Below, one piece after another: positions 54,256-64,000 of a stretch of DNA of 64,000 nt (the first letter of the stretch is position 1; every line of letters begins with the position of its first letter). The translations under genes and the position numbers were made by a program. Where the stretch lies: the IMG/VR virus record IMGVR_UViG_3300031994_002305, positions 1-64,000 of that record. The stretch is one strand, 5' to 3'. Below the pieces are notes generated by a model. It was not told the DNA's origin. It saw only the letters and a list, made by a program, of their open reading frames with translations, and did not search any database. This DNA is from a virus (taxonomy: Duplodnaviria; Heunggongvirae; Uroviricota; Caudoviricetes).

Positions 54256-55557
54256 ATGAACGAAAGAAAAAACATTTTAATTGGTAAGATTGGTAAATCT
54301 GTAAAGATGAAGAATATACATATTGAGACTGGTGGCGGAGCTGACTTGGTATTATATTCAACAATGGCTAGAATGTGTCCAGAATATCATTTTTATTTTA
54401 TTGGACCAAATGAATTACATAAGTGTACTGAAGAGGAATATTTAAAGTTATTCCCAAATAAAAATGTGCATTCAGCTTGGGATAAAGATAAGGTGAAAGG
54501 TTCTAATTATCAAGAAATTGTAAATTATTTCACAAATAATAATGTTAATCCAGATTTTGCATTAGTATTTGTTGGAATGTGTGGTAATATTAATATTAAA
54601 GGATTTTTGAAAAAGAAAGATGGAACTGACTATAGTCCATTAATGTGTTTTCAAAATTATACAGCTCCTATTATTTATACATTAAATAAATTGGGTTGTC
54701 CTGTTTATACATTAGCTGAAGATGCAAGATATATAACTGTTAATGCAAAAGATTTCTTTAATCGTGAAAGAATGATATTTTCACAAATTAATGGGGAATT
54801 TGAAGCTTTACCACATATTAAATCTGAAACAGATTTTGATTTAATTAAAACAACTCATACAGCAAAATATTCGCATCTTGAGAAAATTTTCTTAATGGGT
54901 CTTGATGAAAATTGGAAAGAAAATATTAATATTGAAGCTAAATTCAATACTGATGTAGCACCATTTATTGTATTATCAAATGGATGTGGAACAGGAAAGA
55001 TTAATAGTCCTGGCACATATAGTTCACGTCTTCCTGTTTATAAGAAGTACATTATAGATAACTTTAAAGATACTCCTTATGCAAATACAAAGATTTATGG
55101 ATTATGGGATAAGGAGATATATGCGGAATATCCACAAATTGAAGATAAATTAATGTTAGATTTAGGTAAAGAAGTTTCTGAAGCTAAATATACATTAGTT
55201 TATTCTCAGGCTCCTGGATTTGTAACTTGTAAGCCATGGGAAATGATTACAATTGGATTACTTCCATTTATACACCCAGATTATGATTGTTATCATTTAT
55301 TAGGTTTACCTGAATATTTATATCTTAAGGATGAACAAGATCTTTTAAATAAAGTTAATGAATTAGAAGCGAATCCACAAAAATATAAAGATTTAATGGA
55401 AGAATGTTTTAATATGATTAAACCTGAATATTTAAATGGTTGGCTAATCGTGAATGGTATATTTGGAAATGTTGCTAAAGACTTAGGATATAAATATGAA
55501 TTTAAAGATGGAGTTAAATCAATATTTAATAGGTTCAGTAAAGAATTCATTCAATAA
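54256..55557 (+). CDS. Candidate GT-B hmC-DNA glycosyltransferase (Bgt/arabinosyltransferase-like)
   Basis: N-terminal ILIGKIGKS...GGG, EDARY, and C-terminal GT-B signature FVTCKPWEMITIGLLPFIHPDYD; last gene of the hmC cluster. Confidence 0.6.
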   Translation: MNERKNILIGKIGKSVKMKNIHIETGGGADLVLYSTMARMCPEYHFYFIGPNELHKCTEEEYLKLFPNKNVHSAWDKDKVKGSNYQEIVNYFTNNNVNPDFALVFVGMCGNINIKGFLKKKDGTDYSPLMCFQNYTAPIIYTLNKLGCPVYTLAEDARYITVNAKDFFNRERMIFSQINGEFEALPHIKSETDFDLIKTTHTAKYSHLEKIFLMGLDENWKENINIEAKFNTDVAPFIVLSNGCGTGKINSPGTYSSRLPVYKKYIIDNFKDTPYANTKIYGLWDKEIYAEYPQIEDKLMLDLGKEVSEAKYTLVYSQAPGFVTCKPWEMITIGLLPFIHPDYDCYHLLGLPEYLYLKDEQDLLNKVNELEANPQKYKDLMEECFNMIKPEYLNGWLIVNGIFGNVAKDLGYKYEFKDGVKSIFNRFSKEFIQ

Positions 55558-55570
55558 ATTATACATAAAT

Positions 55571-55596
55571 AAAGGTAGTACATGTGTACTACCTTT
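55571..55596. terminator. Bidirectional terminator
   Basis: AAAGGTAGTACA/TGTACTACCTTT between convergent genes. Confidence 0.8.
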
Positions 55597-56119
55597 TATG
55601 TTTTTCTTCAAATCTAATCTTATTAAGTAAAAATTGATCTTGAGTTTTATATATATAAATTCTATCTATTTCTTTATTATCAAATAACTTTTTAATTTTT
55701 TTATTGTAATTTTCTGGAAATATTATATAATGAAACATGTCAACAGAATATCTAACTCGTCCAACCCATCTTTTTGTTTTAAGTAAACTCATTTTTAATC
55801 TTGTTAAAAAATTTAAATCAGATCTTTTACTATAATATTCAATAAAATAATCAAAACAATCTTTCCAATATTTTATATATCCTTTCTTGCAAACTATTAC
55901 CCAGCCATAAAATTTTTTATCTGCTAATGTACAAGCTTTAGTAAATTCTATTAATTTATATAAAAGAGTTCCTTCCGTATTTTGATCTTTCTTAAACTTT
56001 TCATAATTACCATAAATTTCAACTGTCAAATTATCTTCTAAATTTAAAAGTTTAAATATGTCTTCCGTACTAAAAGGCATTGAACTTGCTATTTTTTCAA
56101 ATTGATCAAAACTAATCAT
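55589..56119 (-). CDS. Hypothetical protein
   Basis: 176 aa, last gene of the - strand island. Confidence 0.6.
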   Translation of the reverse strand: MISFDQFEKIASSMPFSTEDIFKLLNLEDNLTVEIYGNYEKFKKDQNTEGTLLYKLIEFTKACTLADKKFYGWVIVCKKGYIKYWKDCFDYFIEYYSKRSDLNFLTRLKMSLLKTKRWVGRVRYSVDMFHYIIFPENYNKKIKKLFDNKEIDRIYIYKTQDQFLLNKIRFEEKHKR

Positions 56120-56125
56120 AATTTC

Positions 56126-56491
56126 TTACAATACTTTTTTTAATTTATTTATGATGTTTTGCATTTTTATAATGGCATCATTAATAGATTCATTTTTAAA
56201 TATTACCTCATCTCCTTCATTTTCAAGTTTTACATGTTTAGAAAGGTCTTTCATGGCAATTCTTAAATCACAACTCTTAGATTTAACTGATTTGTTATAA
56301 AATATAACATTAATAGTTCCAAGTCTACCTCCATCTATTTCCAAATTTGTGTCTTCTTCTGACTTAATTGATTTTATAATTTTTTTATAAAGGTTGACCC
56401 ATTCTAATTTACCATTATCAAATATTGATATATTAAAATTAAAATCATTTTCATATGATTCTGAGATTAAATAATCTTTTAATTGTTTCAT
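56126..56491 (-). CDS. Putative internal head protein (capsid-targeting N-terminus)
   Basis: N-terminus MKQLKDYLISE. Confidence 0.55.
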   Translation of the reverse strand: MKQLKDYLISESYENDFNFNISIFDNGKLEWVNLYKKIIKSIKSEEDTNLEIDGGRLGTINVIFYNKSVKSKSCDLRIAMKDLSKHVKLENEGDEVIFKNESINDAIIKMQNIINKLKKVL

Positions 56492-56814
56492 ATATTAATA
56501 TATTTGTTTTTTTCTTTTTTACCTATAACAGTTTCTATAATTTGTTTTAAAGAATAATAATAGTCTTTATTATTAACAGGATTAACTTCATTATCAATAA
56601 AATTTATAAATTGTTTTAAATGTTTTTCAATTTGTGTTCCTTTTATTATATTCTTTAAATTATCAATATTTACCTTTTCTCCTTCTTGTTTACATTTGAT
56701 GACTATCTCAACGAATTCTTGATATTGTTGTTCATTTCTATCAAACCATTTATCAAGAAGCCACCAAATATTATCATCTAATTCTTCAAAAATATAATCT
56801 TTTAGAGATCTCAT
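56488..56814 (-). CDS. Putative internal head protein (capsid-targeting N-terminus)
   Basis: N-terminus MRSLKDYIFE. Confidence 0.55.
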   Translation of the reverse strand: MRSLKDYIFEELDDNIWWLLDKWFDRNEQQYQEFVEIVIKCKQEGEKVNIDNLKNIIKGTQIEKHLKQFINFIDNEVNPVNNKDYYYSLKQIIETVIGKKEKNKYINI

Positions 56815-56849
56815 TAGTTTTCTTAAATATTGTTTTATTCAATAACATA

Positions 56850-57452
56850 TTATATCTTATATGTTAAAATTTCTTTATTGTCTTTAAACGAATTAAATCC
56901 AAGTTTAATTAACGTAGCTTTCATTTTAGGATGAGTTGGCTTAGCGCTTATTCCCTGATAATTACCTTCTTTATTAATAAGTTTAATAAAATCATTTAAT
57001 ATGGCTTTATTTAAAGGTGCAGAATCAGATACAACCAATGATGATTCAATATCAATAAGATGTATAAAATTATCAATATATTTTACTTCTTTATCATACA
57101 TACATATACCTACAAAATATACATTGTCACCTTCCTGATACCAATAAGGATAACATTCTGGTTTTAATTCTTTATCGTCATCTTTAAGATATTGATTAGG
57201 ATTTTTTAACATTTGACTAGTAACAACAAATCCCACTTGCTTATCATTAATAATATTTTTAAAAGTTGCATCTGTTGTTATATCTTCATACAAAAATGAT
57301 TTTTTTGGTTTATTTAATTGTTTTACATCTATTTGTATAGGCTGTACTTTGTTATCTTTAACTAATATTTGCTGTGTTCGATAAACTTGTTTAAGCCATT
57401 TTTGTACATCTGGTTTTAATGCTTCTGTTATAAATGTTAATATGTCTTTCAT
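56850..57452 (-). CDS. Putative internal head protein, possibly with a GNAT-like C-terminal fold
   Basis: N-terminus MKDILTFITE. The C-terminal ...ATLIKLGF only weakly resembles GNAT motif B. Confidence 0.5.
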   Translation of the reverse strand: MKDILTFITEALKPDVQKWLKQVYRTQQILVKDNKVQPIQIDVKQLNKPKKSFLYEDITTDATFKNIINDKQVGFVVTSQMLKNPNQYLKDDDKELKPECYPYWYQEGDNVYFVGICMYDKEVKYIDNFIHLIDIESSLVVSDSAPLNKAILNDFIKLINKEGNYQGISAKPTHPKMKATLIKLGFNSFKDNKEILTYKI

Positions 57453-57513
57453 TATAATATATCATATATATAAAAATAAACTTTAATATTATAAAAACAT
57501 TTATTTATTAAAA

Positions 57514-57544
57514 TTTGAATTATATATAAAAAATACTATATTAT
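57514..57544 (+). promoter_or_regulatory. Early promoter, TTTG-N19-TATATTAT
   Basis: Fixed-spacing motif at the divergence point. Confidence 0.65.
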
Positions 57545-60090
57545 ATATGTAACAAACAAATAATAAATATGACAAGAACGTATTGTACAAACGATTACAA
57601 CAAACTTTCTGAGAATTTTTTCAATAGCCTTTCTAAAGGTGGTAATTATACAATTGATGAAGCTATTAAGGAACTTGGTATTTTTGTTCAAGGTTATAAA
57701 AAAGATGAGAAACACCATAACTATTGGGTAAATTTCAAACCGTTTGATAATCCAAAAGATACTCCTCAGCGTTGGGCAAATTCAATTCATTTTGCTTCAA
57801 TTGAAAAACCAGAGGAATCTCTTTATGTAAAGGGAATGAAAACTCAGCAAAATCAATTTATTGCGCTTGAGAACGCAATTTTACGTTTCATTTCAAATCT
57901 TCCTGAAAAAGAGCAGAATAAGATTATTAAGAAAATCAATACTCGTAAAGCTAAAATGGGTTTTTAATATGGAAAAAATTTATACATATAGTAAAGTTTA
58001 TGATTGCTATAGTTCAGAAATGGCTGCAGTTCATATTCCATTTGTAATTAAAATATCAAAACATGAATGGGGAAAGAAAAACATGTCTGAACCAATGTAT
58101 AAACATATAGAAAATATTATTGAACATACAATTATAAATAATGTATATCAATTTTCATTGGATGAAATTTATTATAATAAATTTAGATTACAATATAATA
58201 TTTATGTAGATATTAATTATGAATTATCAGAACTTGATATGAACCATTATGTAGTAGATATCTACACTAATGGAGAAATTACTGATGATGCAAATTATTT
58301 TAAAAACATCGAATCATATTTTAAAAATAGAATTGATTAAATTTAATATATTTAAGTTATGAAATTTACTATTGGAATTAAGCCAACTATTCTTAAGGGT
58401 AATGGAACAACAAGAGATGCTAAGGAGAAATTTAGATCTTCTTATAGAGGAATGTGTCTATGTTGTTCAAGTAGATTTGGAACTGCTTATGTAGACGGCA
58501 TACGACATGGTGAGGAGAAATATGTATTTGGTTATAATATTGAGGTATTTAAACGTGGTAAACATCGTCACAATAAGCATTTTGTGGTTTATCGTTATAT
58601 GTTTCCAATTGAGATGTTTAATCTTTTAAATGTAGAGATTAAACAGGGTTCAAGAACATTTAAGATCGTACCTAAAAATAAGTAAATATGTATCATTTCG
58701 TTAAATTTAATAAGACTTGGTATCTTAAGCCAGAATCTACTCAGGATATTATTGACCATTTTAAGAAGATTTGTGGTCGTGAGTTCAAAGAAGGATTTGA
58801 AGACTACATTAACAATGTAATTGTAAGGAAAAATCCTATAACTGGCGAACCATATCTTTATAGTATGAATCATTCAAGTTCTACATGGCGTAATGCTGTT
58901 GAACTTTGTGAAATGAAACTTAAAGGTCAGAATTGGCTTAAAGGTGCAACTTCTCTTGAAGATAAAACTTTTAAGGATAGACTTGAAATGTTTGCTAAAG
59001 GTAAGGCAATCTATTTTACCGATGGTCTTCCTTATTATTGTTGTAACGTGCATCCAACTTATGAGGAAGAAAAATGGAGTGAAAAACTTGAATATCCTTA
59101 TGAATTTCAATATGATGAGGTAAGATTTCTTCAGTGGGAAGGTGGCCGACATTGGTATGCTAAAATCGGTAGTATTGATATTGTAGATAAGTATGGGAGA
59201 CAGAAATGGAGTGATAAATCTTATGCTCAGATGATTGCTAAAACTTGGTGTAAGTGTGGAGGTGATTGGTCAAAACATATTGAATAATTATGAAACAAGA
59301 AAATAAAGATTTGTGTAAAACTTGTGAGCGTTATTGGACCGACTTCCCATTACCATTAGACCACTATGAACCTCATTGTGAAATAATCGATAAAAAATAT
59401 ATCAATAGTGTGGAAAAATTTGCTGAATTAGTTCCTTATCCTTGCTTAAAATGTCCTTTTAATAGTTATTTACCAAAGAAAAATTAATTTTGAATAATTA
59501 TGAAACATGGTACAATTTGTAAAATAGGACATACGTTATTTGACTATAGAGGTCGTACAAAACAGAAATACCCTCGTGGTGGACATTGTGTTACAACAAA
59601 TGGCTATAGTGGTAAACTTTGTTGGACTTGCTCAAGCCCAGATGGAAATGTAATGTCATATACAACTACAGAATTTGAAATTGCTACTCCAGAAGAAATA
59701 AAGATTTTTAATGAAGCAATTACTAAAGCATATAATGAAATGGAAAACTATTAAATTATGAGTAATAAAGTATTTAAAATTGGAGATTTTGTAAAGTTAA
59801 ATTGTTTTGATGGAAGTTCCATAATCATTAAAATTACTTCTATTGAAAATGAAATGGTTTATGGAATATCTAATGAAGGAACAAACCATTGGGGTAATAT
59901 TAAGGATATTGAATCAATCTGAATAAATTATGATAGCTAAAATTATATGTTTAATAATATTTATGTTATTATCTGTTTGGATATTATCAGTTAATACAAA
60001 AACATCACCGACAAAAGCAAATATTCTTTGTGGTTTAGGATTATGGATTCTTGGATTATATATAGGTTTAATAATTGCAACATTTTATAA

Positions 60091-60456
60091 ATGAATTACC
60101 GTATTGAAGTTATTCAAACATCTAAATATTGTTATATTAATGCAATATCTGATACAAATGAAAGAATTGGAAAAGTTTGCATTGATTTAGATAGTGAAGA
60201 TTCAAATAGATATAAGAATCATAATAATAAAGCTGCAAAAATTATATTAATACAAACAAGTCAAAGTGTATGTGGTCAGGGTATTGCGACAAATTTATTA
60301 AATAAAACAATTGAAGTACTAAATGGTTATAATTTATATTTAAATGTTATTCCATTAAGAAATGATAAGACCAAAAATGATTTGATTAAATTCTATAGTA
60401 AATTTGGTTTTAAGAAATATAATAATGATATTATAACAACAATGATTAGAGTATGA
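60091..60456 (+). CDS. GNAT-family acetyltransferase
   Basis: GQGIATNLL (motif A) and LIKFYSKFGF. Confidence 0.8.
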   Translation: MNYRIEVIQTSKYCYINAISDTNERIGKVCIDLDSEDSNRYKNHNNKAAKIILIQTSQSVCGQGIATNLLNKTIEVLNGYNLYLNVIPLRNDKTKNDLIKFYSKFGFKKYNNDIITTMIRV

Positions 60457-61901
60457 ATTTAATTATGAAATTTGGAGAATTTCTCCATAAACATTTTGAA
60501 GATTTTACAAAACCTTTTGTATTAACATTAGCATTTTTTGGAATTACATTTGCAATTATTGGTCATTACGGAACAATGGGATTTAATTGGAAATGGTTTT
60601 GTTTCTTTGAATTACCTTTATATTTATTTTGTATTTGGGCATTATACAGTGCATATAAATTATATAAAAAAGCTAAAAAATTTAACAAATGATTAAAATA
60701 TTGCCAATTAAGAAAGATCATAATTGTTTTCCAAAAGATAAATATTTTCTTGAAGTAACACTTGGATATGGGGAACATGCTGATGATACATATTCATATT
60801 CAACATTAGAGATTAATGATAACCAAGCATTAAATAGGAAGTATGATGATGAGGGATTTCCTATTGATGATGATGGATTTGTTGATTGGAGTCACTATAT
60901 TAGTATTAAAGAAGCAGAAGATCTTGTTAAATTTTTTAATAAGGTTTTTAAGAAAATGAATAAATATGATGAAGATCATATTACAATTAATGATTGGGAT
61001 AAAAATTGGTTTACTAATATTTATCATATGACAGATAAAGAAGCAGATAAACTTATTAAAATACTTGAAGAATATTCTTGTTATTTATTTAATCCTACTA
61101 TAGATCATAATTGGTATGCAATTGTTAATGTAAAGATTATTTATTATGATATTGATGGTAATAAACATGATTGTGAAGTATATTAATTTATGTTAAATAT
61201 GAAACTTGGAGAATTAAAAACTGGAGATATTTTCTATATTATACATTGGGAAGGTGGTTATATTGGGCATATTAATACATGTATTGTAAAAGATTTCCTT
61301 CCTATTAAACTTGGTAGAATTATTCATTATACTATTACAGATGAAACAGATGATACAGTTCATGGTGTAACACTTGAATTTAATGAATATGAAAATGAAA
61401 TAGCTCAAGCATATTATGTAACACAAATGTGTTCAAATAAAGAACTATTAATTAATTTACTTAAAAACGATAAAGAAAAATTTATTGAGCGTCAAAATAT
61501 AATATTAAGAAAAATAAATGATTAAGCAGGAACGATTACAATTAGAAGATTCAAAACCACATGAATTTCTCAATAATGTTATTGAGAAATATGGATTTGT
61601 TGGAATTGGCCCTTATGGAGAAAAACGTTCTCGTTCAATATGTAGAGAAATATGCACTGATGATAAATATTTGCATCCAGTAGATGATTTTATTCATGAA
61701 GTTTTGATATTTGATGTTGTGGTTGCATTTTATTATGAACGTCGAACTTCTTGGAATTTTATTGAAGCTACTTATGGTGTTATTCCTGATGGTTTAAAGC
61801 TTGCAAAGAAAAGATTAAGATCAGCACTTAAAGATACAGATCATCCAGTTTATGGATCTAAAAAGAAAAAAATAAATTTATAAATAAGGGAGATTTAAAT
61901 A

Positions 61902-62252
61902 ATGAATAATGAATGTGTAATACATAAGAATCGTGCAAATTGGGGTACTGTTTGGCATCTTATTACTTCTGATGGAATGGGTCATTTAGAAGCATATATT
62001 GAAGATGAAGATCCAAATACAATGTTTTTCTGTGGTCTTTCAGTAATGCCAGAAGTTAGAAATAAAGGAATTGGAAAATCATTACTTCATATTGGAGAAT
62101 TACTTGGTAAGCAATATAAAGTAGAACGATTAAGATTAAATGTAGAAAAACCTGATAATGGACTTAATTCATATTATGAGAATTTAGGATATGAATATTG
62201 GGATGAAGATGAAGAATATATATATTTAGTAAAATATAATAAAAATGAATAA
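61902..62252 (+). CDS. GNAT-family acetyltransferase
   Basis: LSVMPEVRNKGIGKSLL and YYENLGY. Confidence 0.85.
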   Translation: MNNECVIHKNRANWGTVWHLITSDGMGHLEAYIEDEDPNTMFFCGLSVMPEVRNKGIGKSLLHIGELLGKQYKVERLRLNVEKPDNGLNSYYENLGYEYWDEDEEYIYLVKYNKNE

Positions 62253-63968
62253 AGAAAAAGAAATCTTAGAGAATCTTAGAAAATTAATTTCTAAGAAACG
62301 TAATGAATATATTGAAGTAATGCAACAGCATGAAACTGATTCACCTTATTATAATTATTGCAGAGGCAAGAAAGATATGTTGGAAGATATTTTAGGTTTA
62401 GTTAATCAATTCTAATTAATATGGAAGATAATAAGAAAAAGAAAGATAATGAAGGATTTGGATTATATTTGAATCATGAAGGACTTAATGTTGGTATTGG
62501 GTTAGGTAGCGGTATTTTCTTAGATAGTGATGGTTTACATTATGGTGGATTGAAACTTTAATTATGAAAAAAGATTTTTTAGTTATTTTAGGAATAATAT
62601 TTATGCTTTCATTACCATTTATTGGGTGTAAAATGGATGAAAAAACTAAAATAAATGCGTGTCCATGGGAATTAACACCACAAGAATATTACGATAATGC
62701 AATACAACACAATGTGATTACAGATAGTGCTGGACATACATTAATATTTAATGAATTAGGTATTCGTGGTTCTAAAAATTATGCGTTTTCAATCGAACAT
62801 TCACCTGAATGTAAAAAATGTTGTGAAATTTATGATTAAAGAATATATTAATCTTGATAATTGTTCGGAGTTTGAACAATTTATGCTTTATATTATGTGT
62901 TATTTAAAAGAAGATGATCTTCGTAAAGAGATGAACGAAGATAAAATCTCTTTTATGCCACTTGGTGAAATGGATCATTATTGTAGATTTGGAATTGACT
63001 GGAGTAAATCAAAATTCCAAGATCTTATTAATTTAGAAGATAATGATCCACGTTGGAAAATTGAAAACAAATTTCAAGAAGTAGCAATTAAAGCAAAGGA
63101 ATTATATAACGCAATAGAAAAAAATAGATAATGGAAGAAGATTTGCATTCGAAAAGTTACGAAGATCGTATTAAAGATATTAAAGATAATCTTTATGTTG
63201 GCGGTGGTGCAGCTCAAGCATCATTTTTATTAGCAGCATTAATGAGTCCATATAATAAAGAATTTGGACAGTCTGATATAGATGTTGCAGATGTATTAAA
63301 TACAATATCACAGCAAATACGGTCATTACGAAGAACTGTAAAAGATGGAGGTATTATACCTATTAAGACATTCGAAAGCCTTGGTGTTTTTCAACAGCAT
63401 AATGCATATGCATGTCTTGATAAAGATTTGAAATTCTGTGTTAGACATTATGGAGAAGACGATTGGAAAGATATTCTTTACGTATTTCCATATATGAATT
63501 GTACAACAGCATATGATATAACTTTTAAATACGATAATATACATTCAAGCAATATATAATATGAAAGCTAAAGATTTTAGAAATGTATTATACTTTATGT
63601 GCAATAAATGGAGTAAAGGTGAAAGTAATTTGATATTCAATGGCACAGATTTTGATCCTGATAAATGGCAATATTCATTAGGCTGGCATATTTGGAATAA
63701 ATGGATTGAATATTGTGAAAATCATCATGGCTCACTTGATTGTATTACTGCATTTATTCTTGAAGGATTGGATGATGAAAGTTTACAAAATTTAATTGAT
63801 AGATCACAAGAATATTATAATAAATGATTTATATTAAAGAAACAGACAAGTTAAAATGCTCTAAATGTGGATCTGAACATATATATATTAAATCAGGTAT
63901 GATGTCTGATTTATATATATGTTTAGATTGTGGACATGAATCAAGAGATATAAAAAATTTATATAATA

Positions 63969-63999
63969 TTTGAAAATTTATAATAATGTTCTATATTAT
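63969..63999 (+). promoter_or_regulatory. Early promoter, TTTG-N19-TATATTAT
   Basis: Fixed-spacing motif at the window end. Confidence 0.6.
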
Positions 64000-64000
64000 A

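Larger units (their letters stand above)
57569..63827 (+). other. Array of small hypothetical early genes
   Basis: Roughly 20 packed + strand ORFs, including membrane peptides and two GNATs. Confidence 0.65.

Noticed and set aside
4418-63544. Numerous 60-115 aa ORFs antisense to the + strand gene arrays
   Set aside because: They are Ile/Phe-rich shadows fully overlapping better-supported genes.
1-64000. TAG-to-Gln recoding as in Lak megaphages
   Set aside because: Long late and structural genes (561, 706, 544 and 539 aa, and the fibre) are unbroken in code 11. The few TAGs seen sit at plausible gene ends (9134, 9822, 44193, 54253, 55589).
1-64000. tRNA or rRNA genes
   Set aside because: No cloverleaf with a GTTCRA T-loop and no rRNA-like sequence was seen by eye; tRNAscan-SE/ARAGORN would confirm.

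Overview
This is a 64 kb segment of a very AT-rich jumbo/mega-phage with T4-type modules. The host is probably Bacteroidota (Prevotella-like): leaders are A-rich with no Shine-Dalgarno, and promoters have a TTTG-N19-TAnnTT architecture. Long genes are intact under code 11. The + strand carries dense arrays of small early hypothetical genes, RNA/translation repair enzymes (Tpt1/KptA, RtcB, ATP-dependent RNA ligase, Pth2), two tandem NADAR proteins, a DinG-like helicase, a RuvC-like resolvase, an IMPDH/GMPR enzyme and the 3' end of a collagen-like tail fibre with an S74 chaperone. The - strand carries late islands: baseplate gp6/gp25, an AAA+ ATPase, a RimK-protease fusion, and many small proteins sharing a T4-like capsid-targeting N-terminus. 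The most notable locus is 44-57.5 kb. It is a hydroxymethylcytosine DNA-modification cluster with its own NDP-sugar pathway and two different candidate DNA glycosyltransferases. It is interrupted by a ~490 nt pseudoknot-rich non-coding RNA candidate and flanked on both sides by islands of putative capsid-packaged proteins. All calls come from motif recognition by eye; no database searches were run.
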